From positions 150,475 through 214,474 of the forward strand of contig JBFMAC010000001.1 of NCBI GenBank assembly GCA_040756015.1: 64,000 nt of DNA. The letters run 5' to 3'. This document shows, in pieces, positions 17,682 through 25,382 of the stretch. Made by a program: the position numbers and the translations under genes. The notes beneath the pieces were generated by a model, which saw only the letters and a program-made list of their open reading frames with translations, was not told the origin of the DNA and searched no databases. Positions within the stretch are counted from its first letter, which is position 1. Each line of letters starts with the position of its first letter. The stretch comes from Pseudomonadota bacterium (GTDB lineage Bacteria; Pseudomonadota; Gammaproteobacteria; Burkholderiales; JBFMAC01).

Positions 17682-18065
17682 CTACTGCCCGCCGGCCGGC
17701 TTGGCGCTGAGCGTCACGGACTCGATGCGGTACGGCAGGATGCCGACACGCCGGGCCTCGATCTTGAACGTCGTGCGCTCGTTGTCATCGGCATCCTCCC
17801 ACTCGTCCTTCACCGCGCGGCCTTCGACTAGCACGCGCATGCCTTTCTGGTACAGGTCTTTCCAGTGGTCGGCGTCGCGGTGCCACAGTTCCACCGGCGC
17901 CCAGAAGCCGCCGCGGTCCTCGAATTCGCCGTCCTTCTTCGGGATCGGGTTGTCGAAGTAGACGTTCAGGCGCAGCAGCCGGCGCGGCTCGTCGTTGCCG
18001 TTGGGGAATTCACGGTAGTCCGGCGCAGAACCGATGTTGCCCTCGCCGACGAAGTGCGTGCTCAT
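17682..18065 (-). CDS. ssb: single-stranded DNA-binding protein (ICE type, no acidic C-terminal tip)
   Basis: 127 aa from ATG 18063-18065 (AAGGAG SD; ATGA overlap with the upstream gene). OB-fold-like GNIGSAPDYREF...WAPVELWHRDADHW...RVLVEGR. Ends ...SAKPAGGQ rather than a DDDIPF-like tail. Confidence 0.8.
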   Translation of the reverse strand: MSTHFVGEGNIGSAPDYREFPNGNDEPRRLLRLNVYFDNPIPKKDGEFEDRGGFWAPVELWHRDADHWKDLYQKGMRVLVEGRAVKDEWEDADDNERTTFKIEARRVGILPYRIESVTLSAKPAGGQ

Positions 18066-18622
18066 GGTGACTCCTTGGGGGTGGTGGTGAAGGGAGATGG
18101 AACGGACACGGAATGCCTGTGCGCACGCCGCAGGTAAGCCGCTTCGGCCTGCGCGGCCTTGCTGGCGCACTCCTGGGCCTGGCGGCCCAGCGTGTGAAGA
18201 AGGCTGATCTGCATGTTCAGCGCGATGCGTTGCAGCTCCATCGCGTACAGGTCGTCGATCAGCGAGGCCGGCGTCGTCGGGCGGTCCAGCAGCGATTCCC
18301 ACAGCGCCACGCCCATGGAAGAACGGTCGTGGTTGCGCCAGCGCAGGAAGGTCGTGCCTGCGCCAGTGGTCTGCTGGGCCAGTTGCACGTCGAGCAGCGA
18401 GAAGGGATAGGCCCGCGCTTGTAGCAGCACGCGCCGCTGCGCCAGGCCGATCAAGTCGTCGCGCAGCGCCGTGCATTGGTTGGCCCAGGCCTCCAGACTC
18501 CCCTTACCTTTAAAAGGCTGTAAAAGGCCTTTTAGGTAGGGGCCGTGTTCCAGGCGCTGGAAGTCCGCCTGTTCCAGCGGCAGGAAGCGCGCCGGTTGGT
18601 CGGTGGAAGACGATGCCGTCAT
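18062..18622 (-). CDS. DUF3158-like ICE protein
   Basis: 186 aa, translationally coupled at both ends (ATGA overlaps). In the position of the small regulator genes of the ICEclc ssb/inrR operon (from memory). Confidence 0.6.
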   Translation of the reverse strand: MTASSSTDQPARFLPLEQADFQRLEHGPYLKGLLQPFKGKGSLEAWANQCTALRDDLIGLAQRRVLLQARAYPFSLLDVQLAQQTTGAGTTFLRWRNHDRSSMGVALWESLLDRPTTPASLIDDLYAMELQRIALNMQISLLHTLGRQAQECASKAAQAEAAYLRRAHRHSVSVPSPFTTTPKESP

Positions 18623-19398
18623 GCCTTCGCGCCTTCGCCGCCATGCTCGTGGTCGTCGTCCGCCACGTCGGCTGCGCCAGCGCTGTGTGCGGCATCGGGG
18701 GCTGCACCAGCCTTGCCCGCCCGCCGCGCGATCGGTGGCGCGAAGCGCGAGCGGCGCGTGCCTTCGAGCACGTCCTGCGGCAGCTCGCCGAACTTCTCCA
18801 GCGCCGCCCGCGCCACCGCGTTCTTCGAGGCGAAGTCGTCGCGCGTCGCGCCGGAGTAGCGGTACTGCTGTGCCAGCGAGAACAGGCTGCGCAGCGCATG
18901 CGCGCCGTCGTTGAGCCAGCGTTCCAGCGTGCTGCGGTCGATCAGCGCGGTGTGATGCGCGAGGATCAGCTTGCGCGCCAGGTCGTCGTAGTCGGCCAGA
19001 AGGTACACCGCCATGAAGCCGAGCTGCGCATTGACGAACAGCGGCAGCTTCACCGGCTGCACGTTCATGTTCTCGCCCAGCGTCAGCGCGGGCGGCACGT
19101 CGGCCAGCGCCTGGTCCACCTGCTCGCGCAGCGCCTGCAGGCAGGCCTTGGTCTGCATCAGTTTGTCCTCGATGCGCAGCATCCAGGAATCCGAGTAGGG
19201 ATCGTCCTGCTCGGCGCCGCGCTTCATCTTGTTCATCACGCTGATGTAGCCGTTCAGGCCGATGATCCCGGGCCGGTCCTCGGCGGGCGCTCGGCCATGC
19301 CAGATGCGTGAAGCGTGGTGGGTGTGCAGCGTCAGCGACATCGCGCTGCGCAGCGATCCGAGGTTCAACTGCAGGGGCTGCTGGGATTCGTTGGCCAT
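18619..19398 (-). CDS. TIGR03761-like (PFL_4669-class) ICE protein
   Basis: 259 aa. First gene of the ssb operon, as in PFGI-1/ICEclc-type elements. Confidence 0.65.
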   Translation of the reverse strand: MANESQQPLQLNLGSLRSAMSLTLHTHHASRIWHGRAPAEDRPGIIGLNGYISVMNKMKRGAEQDDPYSDSWMLRIEDKLMQTKACLQALREQVDQALADVPPALTLGENMNVQPVKLPLFVNAQLGFMAVYLLADYDDLARKLILAHHTALIDRSTLERWLNDGAHALRSLFSLAQQYRYSGATRDDFASKNAVARAALEKFGELPQDVLEGTRRSRFAPPIARRAGKAGAAPDAAHSAGAADVADDDHEHGGEGAKA

Positions 19399-19517
19399 GG
19401 TGACGACTCGCGGTAAGGGAACGAGCCGCCAGCATCGGCATCGCCCGGAAGGGCGTCAGTCAACAAACCGCAGCGGGTGCACTCCCGGTTGTCGTTCGGG
19501 AAGGCTGCGTGTTCTAT

Positions 19518-19534
19518 CTATCCCCTGGGGATAG
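19518..19534. promoter_or_regulatory. palindrome CTATCCCCTGGGGATAG (copy 2, 17-bp core)
   Basis: 120 nt upstream of ATG 19398, with the same core as the 21-bp palindromes. Confidence 0.55.
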
Positions 19535-19606
19535 TTCCGCGCTCCGGGCTTCGACGGTGCGACCCATGGCAGAACCGAAGCCGATGGCTGGAAGACTTCG
19601 TATCCC

Positions 19607-19627
19607 AGCTATCCCCTGGGGATAGCT
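19607..19627. promoter_or_regulatory. perfect 21-bp palindrome AGCTATCCCCTGGGGATAGCT (copy 3)
   Basis: Lies 2 nt after the stop (19630) of the STY4528-like gene and 91 bp centre-to-centre from copy 2. Confidence 0.6.
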
Positions 19628-19629
19628 GC

Positions 19630-20871
19630 TCAGGAATCGCCGAGCGTCGAACGCAGCTTCGCCAGGTATGCCCGCGCCGCTTCGCGGCCGGGGCCGTTCG
19701 GTGCGGGCGGTGGCGATGCAGAAGGAGTCGGTGCGGGTGGTCGTGGCGGCAGCGCAGGCGGCGTCGAAGATGAACCGCCTTCGCCGGCCCAAGCCTTGAA
19801 CTCGCCGCGGATCGCCTTCTGGATGATGCCGAACAGGTAGCCGGCCGGGTTCCGCACCGCGCTGTTGCGGCAGCGGGCATCCCATTCGTCCAGCACCGCC
19901 TGCCGCTGCGACTCGTCCACCTGCTGCAAGGCCACCATCGCGCCGCTCTGCTGCTCGTCCTTCAAGCGCAGCAGGCGCTCGGGCAGGCGCAGGTGCTGCA
20001 ACGCCTTCGCGCGCGGTACTGTACGTACTTGATATATATGATCCATACGTACAGTACGGTCCTCCTTCGGATTCCGAAGTGAGCCGTCTGGCGCAGGTTT
20101 CAGCCCTGCTTCGGAATCCGAAGACGGGCCATCGAGATTCCGAAGCAGGCCGTCCTGGCCTTCTTCGGATTCGTGATCCACAGGCGCTTGTGGATAACTC
20201 GCATCGGTCCATTCGTTGCGCGCCATACGCTGTGCCAGCACCTGCAAGCGCGTGGGCAGCGTACGGCCGTTGAGCATCGGGTCTTCGGCGATCTCGCGCA
20301 GGGTGTTCATGCCGACGATCTGCACCGCCTTTGCGGCATGGGTCAGCGCCTGGCTGACCAGGCCCAGGTAGTCGGGGTCGAGCTGCATCGCCTCAAAGGG
20401 CGTCAGCGGTTCGTCGTGCAGCACGTAGAGGTTGCCCAGGATGCGCCCGGTCTTCGGGTCGCGGCGCCGTCGCACCAGGCTCAGCCAGCGCGTCAGGCGC
20501 AGCAGCGTCAGGGCGCGCGCCACCGTCTCGTGCGAGGCCTGCGCCGCGCATGGCATTGAGGCGAGATAGGGCCGGAGCTGGTCGTAGGTCGGGAACGCCG
20601 TCACGCCGTCGCTCTGGAGTTGCAGGCGGAATACCTGCCAGGCATTGCGCTCCAGTGGCGTCAGGCGCCGGTCGAGGAACAGCGCACGCGGTACGCTCTC
20701 GTGCCGGTTGCCGCTGTAGAGGAAGCCGTCACTGACCGGCGCGGCCTGCGTAGCAGGAGCAGCGCCGCGCGGGGCTGGCGGTGCCGGTGGCACCAGTTCC
20801 CGCAGCGCGTCGTCGAACAATGCCGACAGCGCCACGGGGCCATCACGCCGGGGTGCGCCGCCGGTCGCCAT
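19630..20871 (-). CDS. STY4528-family pathogenicity-island 'replication' protein
   Basis: 413 aa. LFLDRRLTPLERNAWQVFRL...RWLSLVRRRRDPKTGR is typical of this ICE family. Contains the embedded DNA repeat cluster at 20016-20176. Confidence 0.7.
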   Translation of the reverse strand: MATGGAPRRDGPVALSALFDDALRELVPPAPPAPRGAAPATQAAPVSDGFLYSGNRHESVPRALFLDRRLTPLERNAWQVFRLQLQSDGVTAFPTYDQLRPYLASMPCAAQASHETVARALTLLRLTRWLSLVRRRRDPKTGRILGNLYVLHDEPLTPFEAMQLDPDYLGLVSQALTHAAKAVQIVGMNTLREIAEDPMLNGRTLPTRLQVLAQRMARNEWTDASYPQAPVDHESEEGQDGLLRNLDGPSSDSEAGLKPAPDGSLRNPKEDRTVRMDHIYQVRTVPRAKALQHLRLPERLLRLKDEQQSGAMVALQQVDESQRQAVLDEWDARCRNSAVRNPAGYLFGIIQKAIRGEFKAWAGEGGSSSTPPALPPRPPAPTPSASPPPAPNGPGREAARAYLAKLRSTLGDS

Positions 20872-20874
20872 GGC

Positions 20875-21435
20875 CTACACCAGCCCCTGGTCGATCCAGT
20901 TGCGTATCGCCGACCAGATCACCGACATCGGCAGGCTCAAGGCCTCGGCCAGGTCCATGGTCAGCGCCAGCATCGCCACCTCGTCGTCCAGCGCCATGCC
21001 GCGCTCCGTGACGCCGGCCTTCCATTGCTTCCACAGCGCCGTGTCCTGCGCCTCGTCCAGCACCGGATGCCGCCCCTTGCGCTTGGGCAGGCCGAGGATG
21101 TCACGACGCAGGGCTACCTCCTGGTGCGTCAACCCGTAGAAGCGGCTGACCATCTCCGTGCTGGCGCCCAGGCGCAGCATGCGGTCGACCGTCGCGATCT
21201 CGCGCTCCACGTCGTGCACCTGGCTCAGCAATCGCTTGAGCACTTCGCGGTTGACCGACACCGAGCACCACGAGACGGTGGCATTGATCAGCATGCTCAC
21301 GAGTTCGGGGTGTTTCAGCGCATCGAGTTCTTCCTCGCCGAAGCCCATGGCCTTGCAGCGTCGCAGTTGCCCGTTGCGCAGGTCGTGCAGCGCCTGCGCG
21401 ATGACGGCCTGGTTGAGCGGGTGCGGTGCGGACAT
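20875..21435 (-). CDS. DUF2857-like ICE protein
   Basis: 186 aa from ATG 21433-21435 (GGAGA SD). Directly downstream of parB, as in related ICEs. Confidence 0.65.
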   Translation of the reverse strand: MSAPHPLNQAVIAQALHDLRNGQLRRCKAMGFGEEELDALKHPELVSMLINATVSWCSVSVNREVLKRLLSQVHDVEREIATVDRMLRLGASTEMVSRFYGLTHQEVALRRDILGLPKRKGRHPVLDEAQDTALWKQWKAGVTERGMALDDEVAMLALTMDLAEALSLPMSVIWSAIRNWIDQGLV

Positions 21436-21448
21436 GGCTGGTCTCCGC

Positions 21449-23125
21449 TCAGACGCCGTGGCCGAGGGCGGCGCTGGTGCCCGCGCCGGATTCCAGATCC
21501 ACAAGCCGCCGCGCCAAGCGCAGCAGCCGGAACAGTTTGACCAGCCCGGCATCGCTCAGGCGCGGGTGGGCGCTGCCGTCGTACAGCAGGGGCGCCAGGT
21601 CGTCGGCCAGCCGGGCGCGATCGAGCCCGCCTGCGGCACCTGCGGCGCACAGCGCCTGCAGCAGCGTCAGCACCGCCAGCGCGAACGGTGGCATCGCGCG
21701 AGCAGCCGGCGACGCCACGCAAGCGAAGCCGATCCCGCCGTCGCTGGGCTCGACCTGTTCGGCCACGCCGGCTTCCTCCGCGATCTCGCGCGCGAACTGC
21801 GCGATGTGCACGCGCAGCCGGTCCGGCACGTCCAAGCCGGGCTCGATGTACCAGACGTCGGAGATGGGATAGAGCCCGCCCGCCTGCACGGGAATGGCAC
21901 GCAGCGCGTCGGCCTCGAAGTCGGGCAGCTTGTCGCCCATCTGGTCGGCAACCATGCGCTGGATGGATTGCAGGCGCTCGGTGGTCGGCGCCGGCGACAC
22001 GATGTGACCCTGCAAGCGTTCATCGCGCTGGTCTTCGCCCCGTTGTTCGCCTTCGGCGGCAACACCCGACGCAGCCGTTCCCGTTGGCGCGGACGAACCG
22101 GGCTCCGACGATTGCACAGAAGCAGGAGCAGCCGGCGACGAAGGCCGCTGCGGCTCGGGGGCAGGTGCAGGCGCCAGCGGCGCCCCAGGTCGCGCCGCTG
22201 GCGGTGCCGGATCACTGGTCAGCGCACGCTGCCGGCTCTCCGTGTCGTCAATCTCCAGCGCCAACGTGTCGTAGTCTGCTTCCAGCAGCTCGGCCATTTG
22301 GCCGACCAACTCGTCCTGCACGCGCTGCGGCGAGAAGTTGTCCGGCTGCGAGTCGAACTGCGCGAGCACGTCCTGGAACAGGGTCGCGAAGTCCACCGAC
22401 AAGCTGCGGCCCAGTGCACGGCGTTCCCAGGTGCGTTCGCACGCCTTGCGCAGCACTGCGAGCCGTTCCACCTGGTGCCGGCCGAGCCCGCCATACAGCA
22501 GGTTCGGGATCACCGGCAGAAGGTAGTGCACCGCGTCCTGCATGCGGCTGATGTGCGACTGCGGCAGTGGAAAGCCATCGGACGTGAGTCGGCGTGCCAG
22601 CTCGCTCTGTGACAGCGGCTGGCCGCTGTCACGCCCGCCCTCCTGCTCGTAGAACTCGCGCGCCTTCTCCACGCCCAGGGCTCTCTCAATGAAGCTCAAC
22701 CCGCCGCGCAACTCGTTCTCGGCCAGGTGGCCGGTCAGCATCACAACCTCGCCGCGCTGCGGCCAGGGGCGGAACAGGCAGGGGATGCGGAAGAAGCGTT
22801 CGTCCTTGGTTTCGCTCCACAGCTCGCGCAGGATCGCCAGGCGCGTGTTTCCGCCGTTGCGGATGATGTAGTGCGGCTCGCCGGGCCGGCGCGTGATCGC
22901 AGGCGGCGCGTCCAGGCCGCGCTCGCGGATGGAAGCCTTGATGTCCTCGTAGGCCGGGTTGCGCGTCACGCGCGGGTCGTGGTCATACGGGCGCAACTGG
23001 TCCAGCGTCACCACCATCGGCGTGTCGGCGATCGGGTCGGTCAAGGACGCGGCAGAAGGGCCGCTGCGCTCGAAGCCCGAGGCCAGCAGCTGGGCGGCCA
23101 TGTCGTCCGGCGTCATGTCAGCCAT
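21449..23125 (-). CDS. parB: ParB-family partition/nuclease-like protein (PFGI-1 class)
   Basis: 558 aa from ATG 23123-23125. ParB/Srx-like N-terminal block ITRRPGEPHYIIRNGGNTRLAILREL. Long Pro/Ala-rich linker. Confidence 0.8.
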   Translation of the reverse strand: MADMTPDDMAAQLLASGFERSGPSAASLTDPIADTPMVVTLDQLRPYDHDPRVTRNPAYEDIKASIRERGLDAPPAITRRPGEPHYIIRNGGNTRLAILRELWSETKDERFFRIPCLFRPWPQRGEVVMLTGHLAENELRGGLSFIERALGVEKAREFYEQEGGRDSGQPLSQSELARRLTSDGFPLPQSHISRMQDAVHYLLPVIPNLLYGGLGRHQVERLAVLRKACERTWERRALGRSLSVDFATLFQDVLAQFDSQPDNFSPQRVQDELVGQMAELLEADYDTLALEIDDTESRQRALTSDPAPPAARPGAPLAPAPAPEPQRPSSPAAPASVQSSEPGSSAPTGTAASGVAAEGEQRGEDQRDERLQGHIVSPAPTTERLQSIQRMVADQMGDKLPDFEADALRAIPVQAGGLYPISDVWYIEPGLDVPDRLRVHIAQFAREIAEEAGVAEQVEPSDGGIGFACVASPAARAMPPFALAVLTLLQALCAAGAAGGLDRARLADDLAPLLYDGSAHPRLSDAGLVKLFRLLRLARRLVDLESGAGTSAALGHGV

Positions 23126-23372
23126 GGCCGCGCTCCTGCGGCGATGCCTCGGCCGCCTGCGCCTGGCGGTCGGCGCGGCGAAGTTGCGCACGGGCATTGC
23201 GCTCGGCGCGGTGGTCGCTGGCCGTCGAGCTGGTGTAGATCGGGGCGCAGCCCGGCTTCGTGAACAGTAGGTGCCCGCCGCGGGTTCGCACCACCTTCCA
23301 GCCCTCGCCCAGGGCGAACTCGATCAGCGCTCGCAGCCGCTTGCGGCCGCTTGCGGCCGCGCGCCAGTTCAT
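23118..23372 (-). CDS. small Shi/HicA-like protein between parA and parB
   Basis: 84 aa, with ATGA overlap with the parA stop. GWKVVRTRGGHLLFTKPG resembles the HicA/YcfA fold. Sits where shi lies in ICEclc (from memory). Confidence 0.55.
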   Translation of the reverse strand: MNWRAAASGRKRLRALIEFALGEGWKVVRTRGGHLLFTKPGCAPIYTSSTASDHRAERNARAQLRRADRQAQAAEASPQERGHG

Positions 23373-24235
23373 GCGCGCTGGCCATGGCCGGCACCTCCTG
23401 CGTTTCCTCGGCCGGTGACGAGCGCGAAGCGCTCCTGCCACGCGGGGAACAGTTCGCCCGCGAGGGCGCGCATGGTGTCCAGCGCAGTCGGTGCCGAGCG
23501 GCCCGCCGGCTGCCGGTACTCCACGCGATGCACGGGCAGGCCGCGCGTCGCCGCGCGCGGATACGCCTCGATCGCCGGCACGTCGGTATCGAGCACGCGC
23601 ACGCCGGCTTGACCCTGGAACACCTGACGCAGCGCCTGCTGGATCAGCCGCGCGTTCGACGACACCGGATGCACGCGGTTGATGAGCAGGTGCAGTGGCG
23701 GCGGTTCGATGCCCAGGTGCCGGTACGGCGCGATGTCCTCTATGAGTTGCAAGGTGCCGCGCCGCAGCTCGCGGGCCGCGAGGATTTCCGGTGTCACTGG
23801 CGACAGCGCCAGGTCCGAGGCCAGTACCGCCATTTCCAACAGTACGCTGCGCGCGCCCTGGGTGTCGATCAGCAGCAGGTCGTAGCGCGGCGCGAGCGTC
23901 GGCAGCAGGTGGCGCAGCCGCAATCTGCCATCCGGTGCATGCAGCAGCAGCGTGTTGAGTTCGCCCCGGTCGTCGTTCGACAGCACCAGGTCCAGCCCGG
24001 CGATGGCGGTGCGCGATACCAGTTGTTCCGCGCGCTGCTCGTTGTAGGCCAGCATCTCGTAGATGCCCGCCGGCGCGCGCTCGGCCAGCGTGAAGTAGCT
24101 CGACAGCGTGGGCTGCACGTCCAGGTCCAGCAGCAGCACGCGCAGCCCGGCGTCGGCCGCGAAGCCGCCCAGGTTGGCCGCCGTCGTGGTCTTGCCCACG
24201 CCGCCCTTGGTCGAAATGATGGACACCACCTGCAT
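23369..24235 (-). CDS. parA: ParA/Soj partition ATPase
   Basis: Deviant Walker A STKGGVGKTTTAANLG. Start at ATG 24233-24235 after GGGAGAAGG. Confidence 0.9.
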   Translation of the reverse strand: MQVVSIISTKGGVGKTTTAANLGGFAADAGLRVLLLDLDVQPTLSSYFTLAERAPAGIYEMLAYNEQRAEQLVSRTAIAGLDLVLSNDDRGELNTLLLHAPDGRLRLRHLLPTLAPRYDLLLIDTQGARSVLLEMAVLASDLALSPVTPEILAARELRRGTLQLIEDIAPYRHLGIEPPPLHLLINRVHPVSSNARLIQQALRQVFQGQAGVRVLDTDVPAIEAYPRAATRGLPVHRVEYRQPAGRSAPTALDTMRALAGELFPAWQERFALVTGRGNAGGAGHGQRA

Positions 24236-24274
24236 GGCCTTCTCCCGGTTGATTGGCATGTGCCGGAAGAGGCG

Positions 24275-24496
24275 TCAGGCGCGCTCGTTGAGGCGGTCAG
24301 CGATCCATTGCTCGATCTCCACCGAGTCCCAGCCCACGGCGCGCACGCCCAGGCGCAGCGCCTTAGGGAACTTGCCTTCCTTCATGAGCGAATAGATGTG
24401 GGCGCGCTTGAAGCCCGTCTTAGCCTCGACTTCAGCGCGGCGCAGGATGCGGTGCTCGGCTGCCGGTGCGGCCGGCACGGTGGTCTGCGAAGACAT
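24275..24496 (-). CDS. alpA: AlpA-family transcriptional regulator
   Basis: 73 aa from ATG 24494-24496 (AAGGAG 8 nt upstream). The HTH ILRRAEVEAKTGFKRAHIYSLMKEGKFPKALRLG is characteristic. Confidence 0.85.
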   Translation of the reverse strand: MSSQTTVPAAPAAEHRILRRAEVEAKTGFKRAHIYSLMKEGKFPKALRLGVRAVGWDSVEIEQWIADRLNERA

Positions 24497-24572
24497 GAGA
24501 GACACTCCTTGACGCTCACTGGCGCTGTTCGGAAAGTGCCTCGTATTGAATAGACTGCCGCTGCCGGAATCA

Positions 24573-24605
24573 CTGCAATTGCAGAAGGTGCGACTGCAAC
24601 TGCAG
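24573..24605. promoter_or_regulatory. two tandem palindromic boxes upstream of alpA
   Basis: CTGCAATTGCAG (24573-24584, perfect) and CTGCAACTGCAG (24594-24605), 21 bp centre-to-centre. Box 1 overlaps a TTGCAG -35-like hexamer on the minus strand. Confidence 0.45.
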
Positions 24606-24623
24606 GGCGCGGGCGCGCGCAGG

Positions 24624-25382
24624 TCAGCGCGACGCTTCGAGGTGGCGTCGCGCTTGCGCGAGCTTGCTCCACAAGGTGCGCTCGCTCAGCCCCGGCCGGC
24701 CCTCGTGGTGCGCGAGCAGTGCGCTCACCACGGCATCCATGCTGTGGAACGACGAATAGGCCATGCCCGAGGGCGACTTGCCCAGCAGCAGCGTCAGCAG
24801 CCCGCCGATGATGTTGAGATAGGTCGTCTCGCTGCGCAGGCCAGGCTCGCGCGCGGTGTCGTTGGCCTCGCCGCGCGCCGCTTGCTCCTTCGCCAGGGCT
24901 TCATGCGCGATGCGCAGCGCCTCGTGCACCTGCGAGAGTTCGGCGAGCTGCACCTTCGTCGCCTCGCGGTCGGCCAGCAGGATGTTGAGCGTGTCCACGT
25001 TCACCACCGGATGCACCGATCGTTCAATGTCGTCAAACAAAAAATCCGGCCGCTCGCCGGGGTAGTAGTGGGCCATCCACGCTTTGAGGTCCACGTGGCG
25101 CACGGTGAGTTGCGGATCGTCGAGTTCTGGCCTTTGCCCGTCCAGCACGATGCCGGCGGTGCCGCCGGCCAGTTCGCCATGCGTCAGCGCGTCGAAGATG
25201 CGTTCGGCATGCAGGCGCAGCAGCGGCCAGCGCGGGAACTCACCGGGTTCCGTCATCGCGCGCTGTCCCAGGGTTTCGAGGATGCGCTGCTCGAAGCGCA
25301 GCAGCCCGCACCAGCGGATCGCCGCCTCCATCGGGCGGTAGTAGGTTTTGGTGCCAAAGGCAAGGCTGTTCGATTTCGGCAT
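24624..25382 (-). CDS. hypothetical protein, last ICE-like gene before the compositional break
   Basis: About 252 aa from ATG 25380-25382 (weak SD), reading MPKSNSLAFGTKTYYRPMEAAIRWCGLL... The start is uncertain. Confidence 0.5.
   Translation of the reverse strand: MPKSNSLAFGTKTYYRPMEAAIRWCGLLRFEQRILETLGQRAMTEPGEFPRWPLLRLHAERIFDALTHGELAGGTAGIVLDGQRPELDDPQLTVRHVDLKAWMAHYYPGERPDFLFDDIERSVHPVVNVDTLNILLADREATKVQLAELSQVHEALRIAHEALAKEQAARGEANDTAREPGLRSETTYLNIIGGLLTLLLGKSPSGMAYSSFHSMDAVVSALLAHHEGRPGLSERTLWSKLAQARRHLEASR

Noticed and set aside
17682-18476. N-terminally extended ORF-track versions of several genes. Examples: ssb as 264 aa, 12929-14170 as 413 aa, 11839-12867 as 342 aa, 9228-9944 as 238 aa.
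   Set aside because: The extensions are low-complexity Arg/Pro/Ala-rich and overlap neighbouring genes or leaders. In each case an internal ATG with a strong Shine-Dalgarno, often with an ATGA stop/start overlap, gives the familiar protein N-terminus.
11270-19470. A shared TGCCGAT(T)/TGCCAAT box upstream (in gene sense) of leader elements B and C, topB and the TIGR03761-like gene, considered as a common -10-like promoter element.
   Set aside because: There are only three exact copies plus one variant. No consistent -35 partner or spacing was found, and the box is absent upstream of elements A and D. This is too weak to call without TSS data.
23341-23360. Tandem 10-bp duplication TTGCGGCCGC x2 inside the shi/HicA-like gene, considered as a possible frameshifting slip.
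   Set aside because: With both copies present, the ORF is intact (…AAASGRKRLRAL…) and keeps the ATGA coupling to parA. There is no evidence of disruption.
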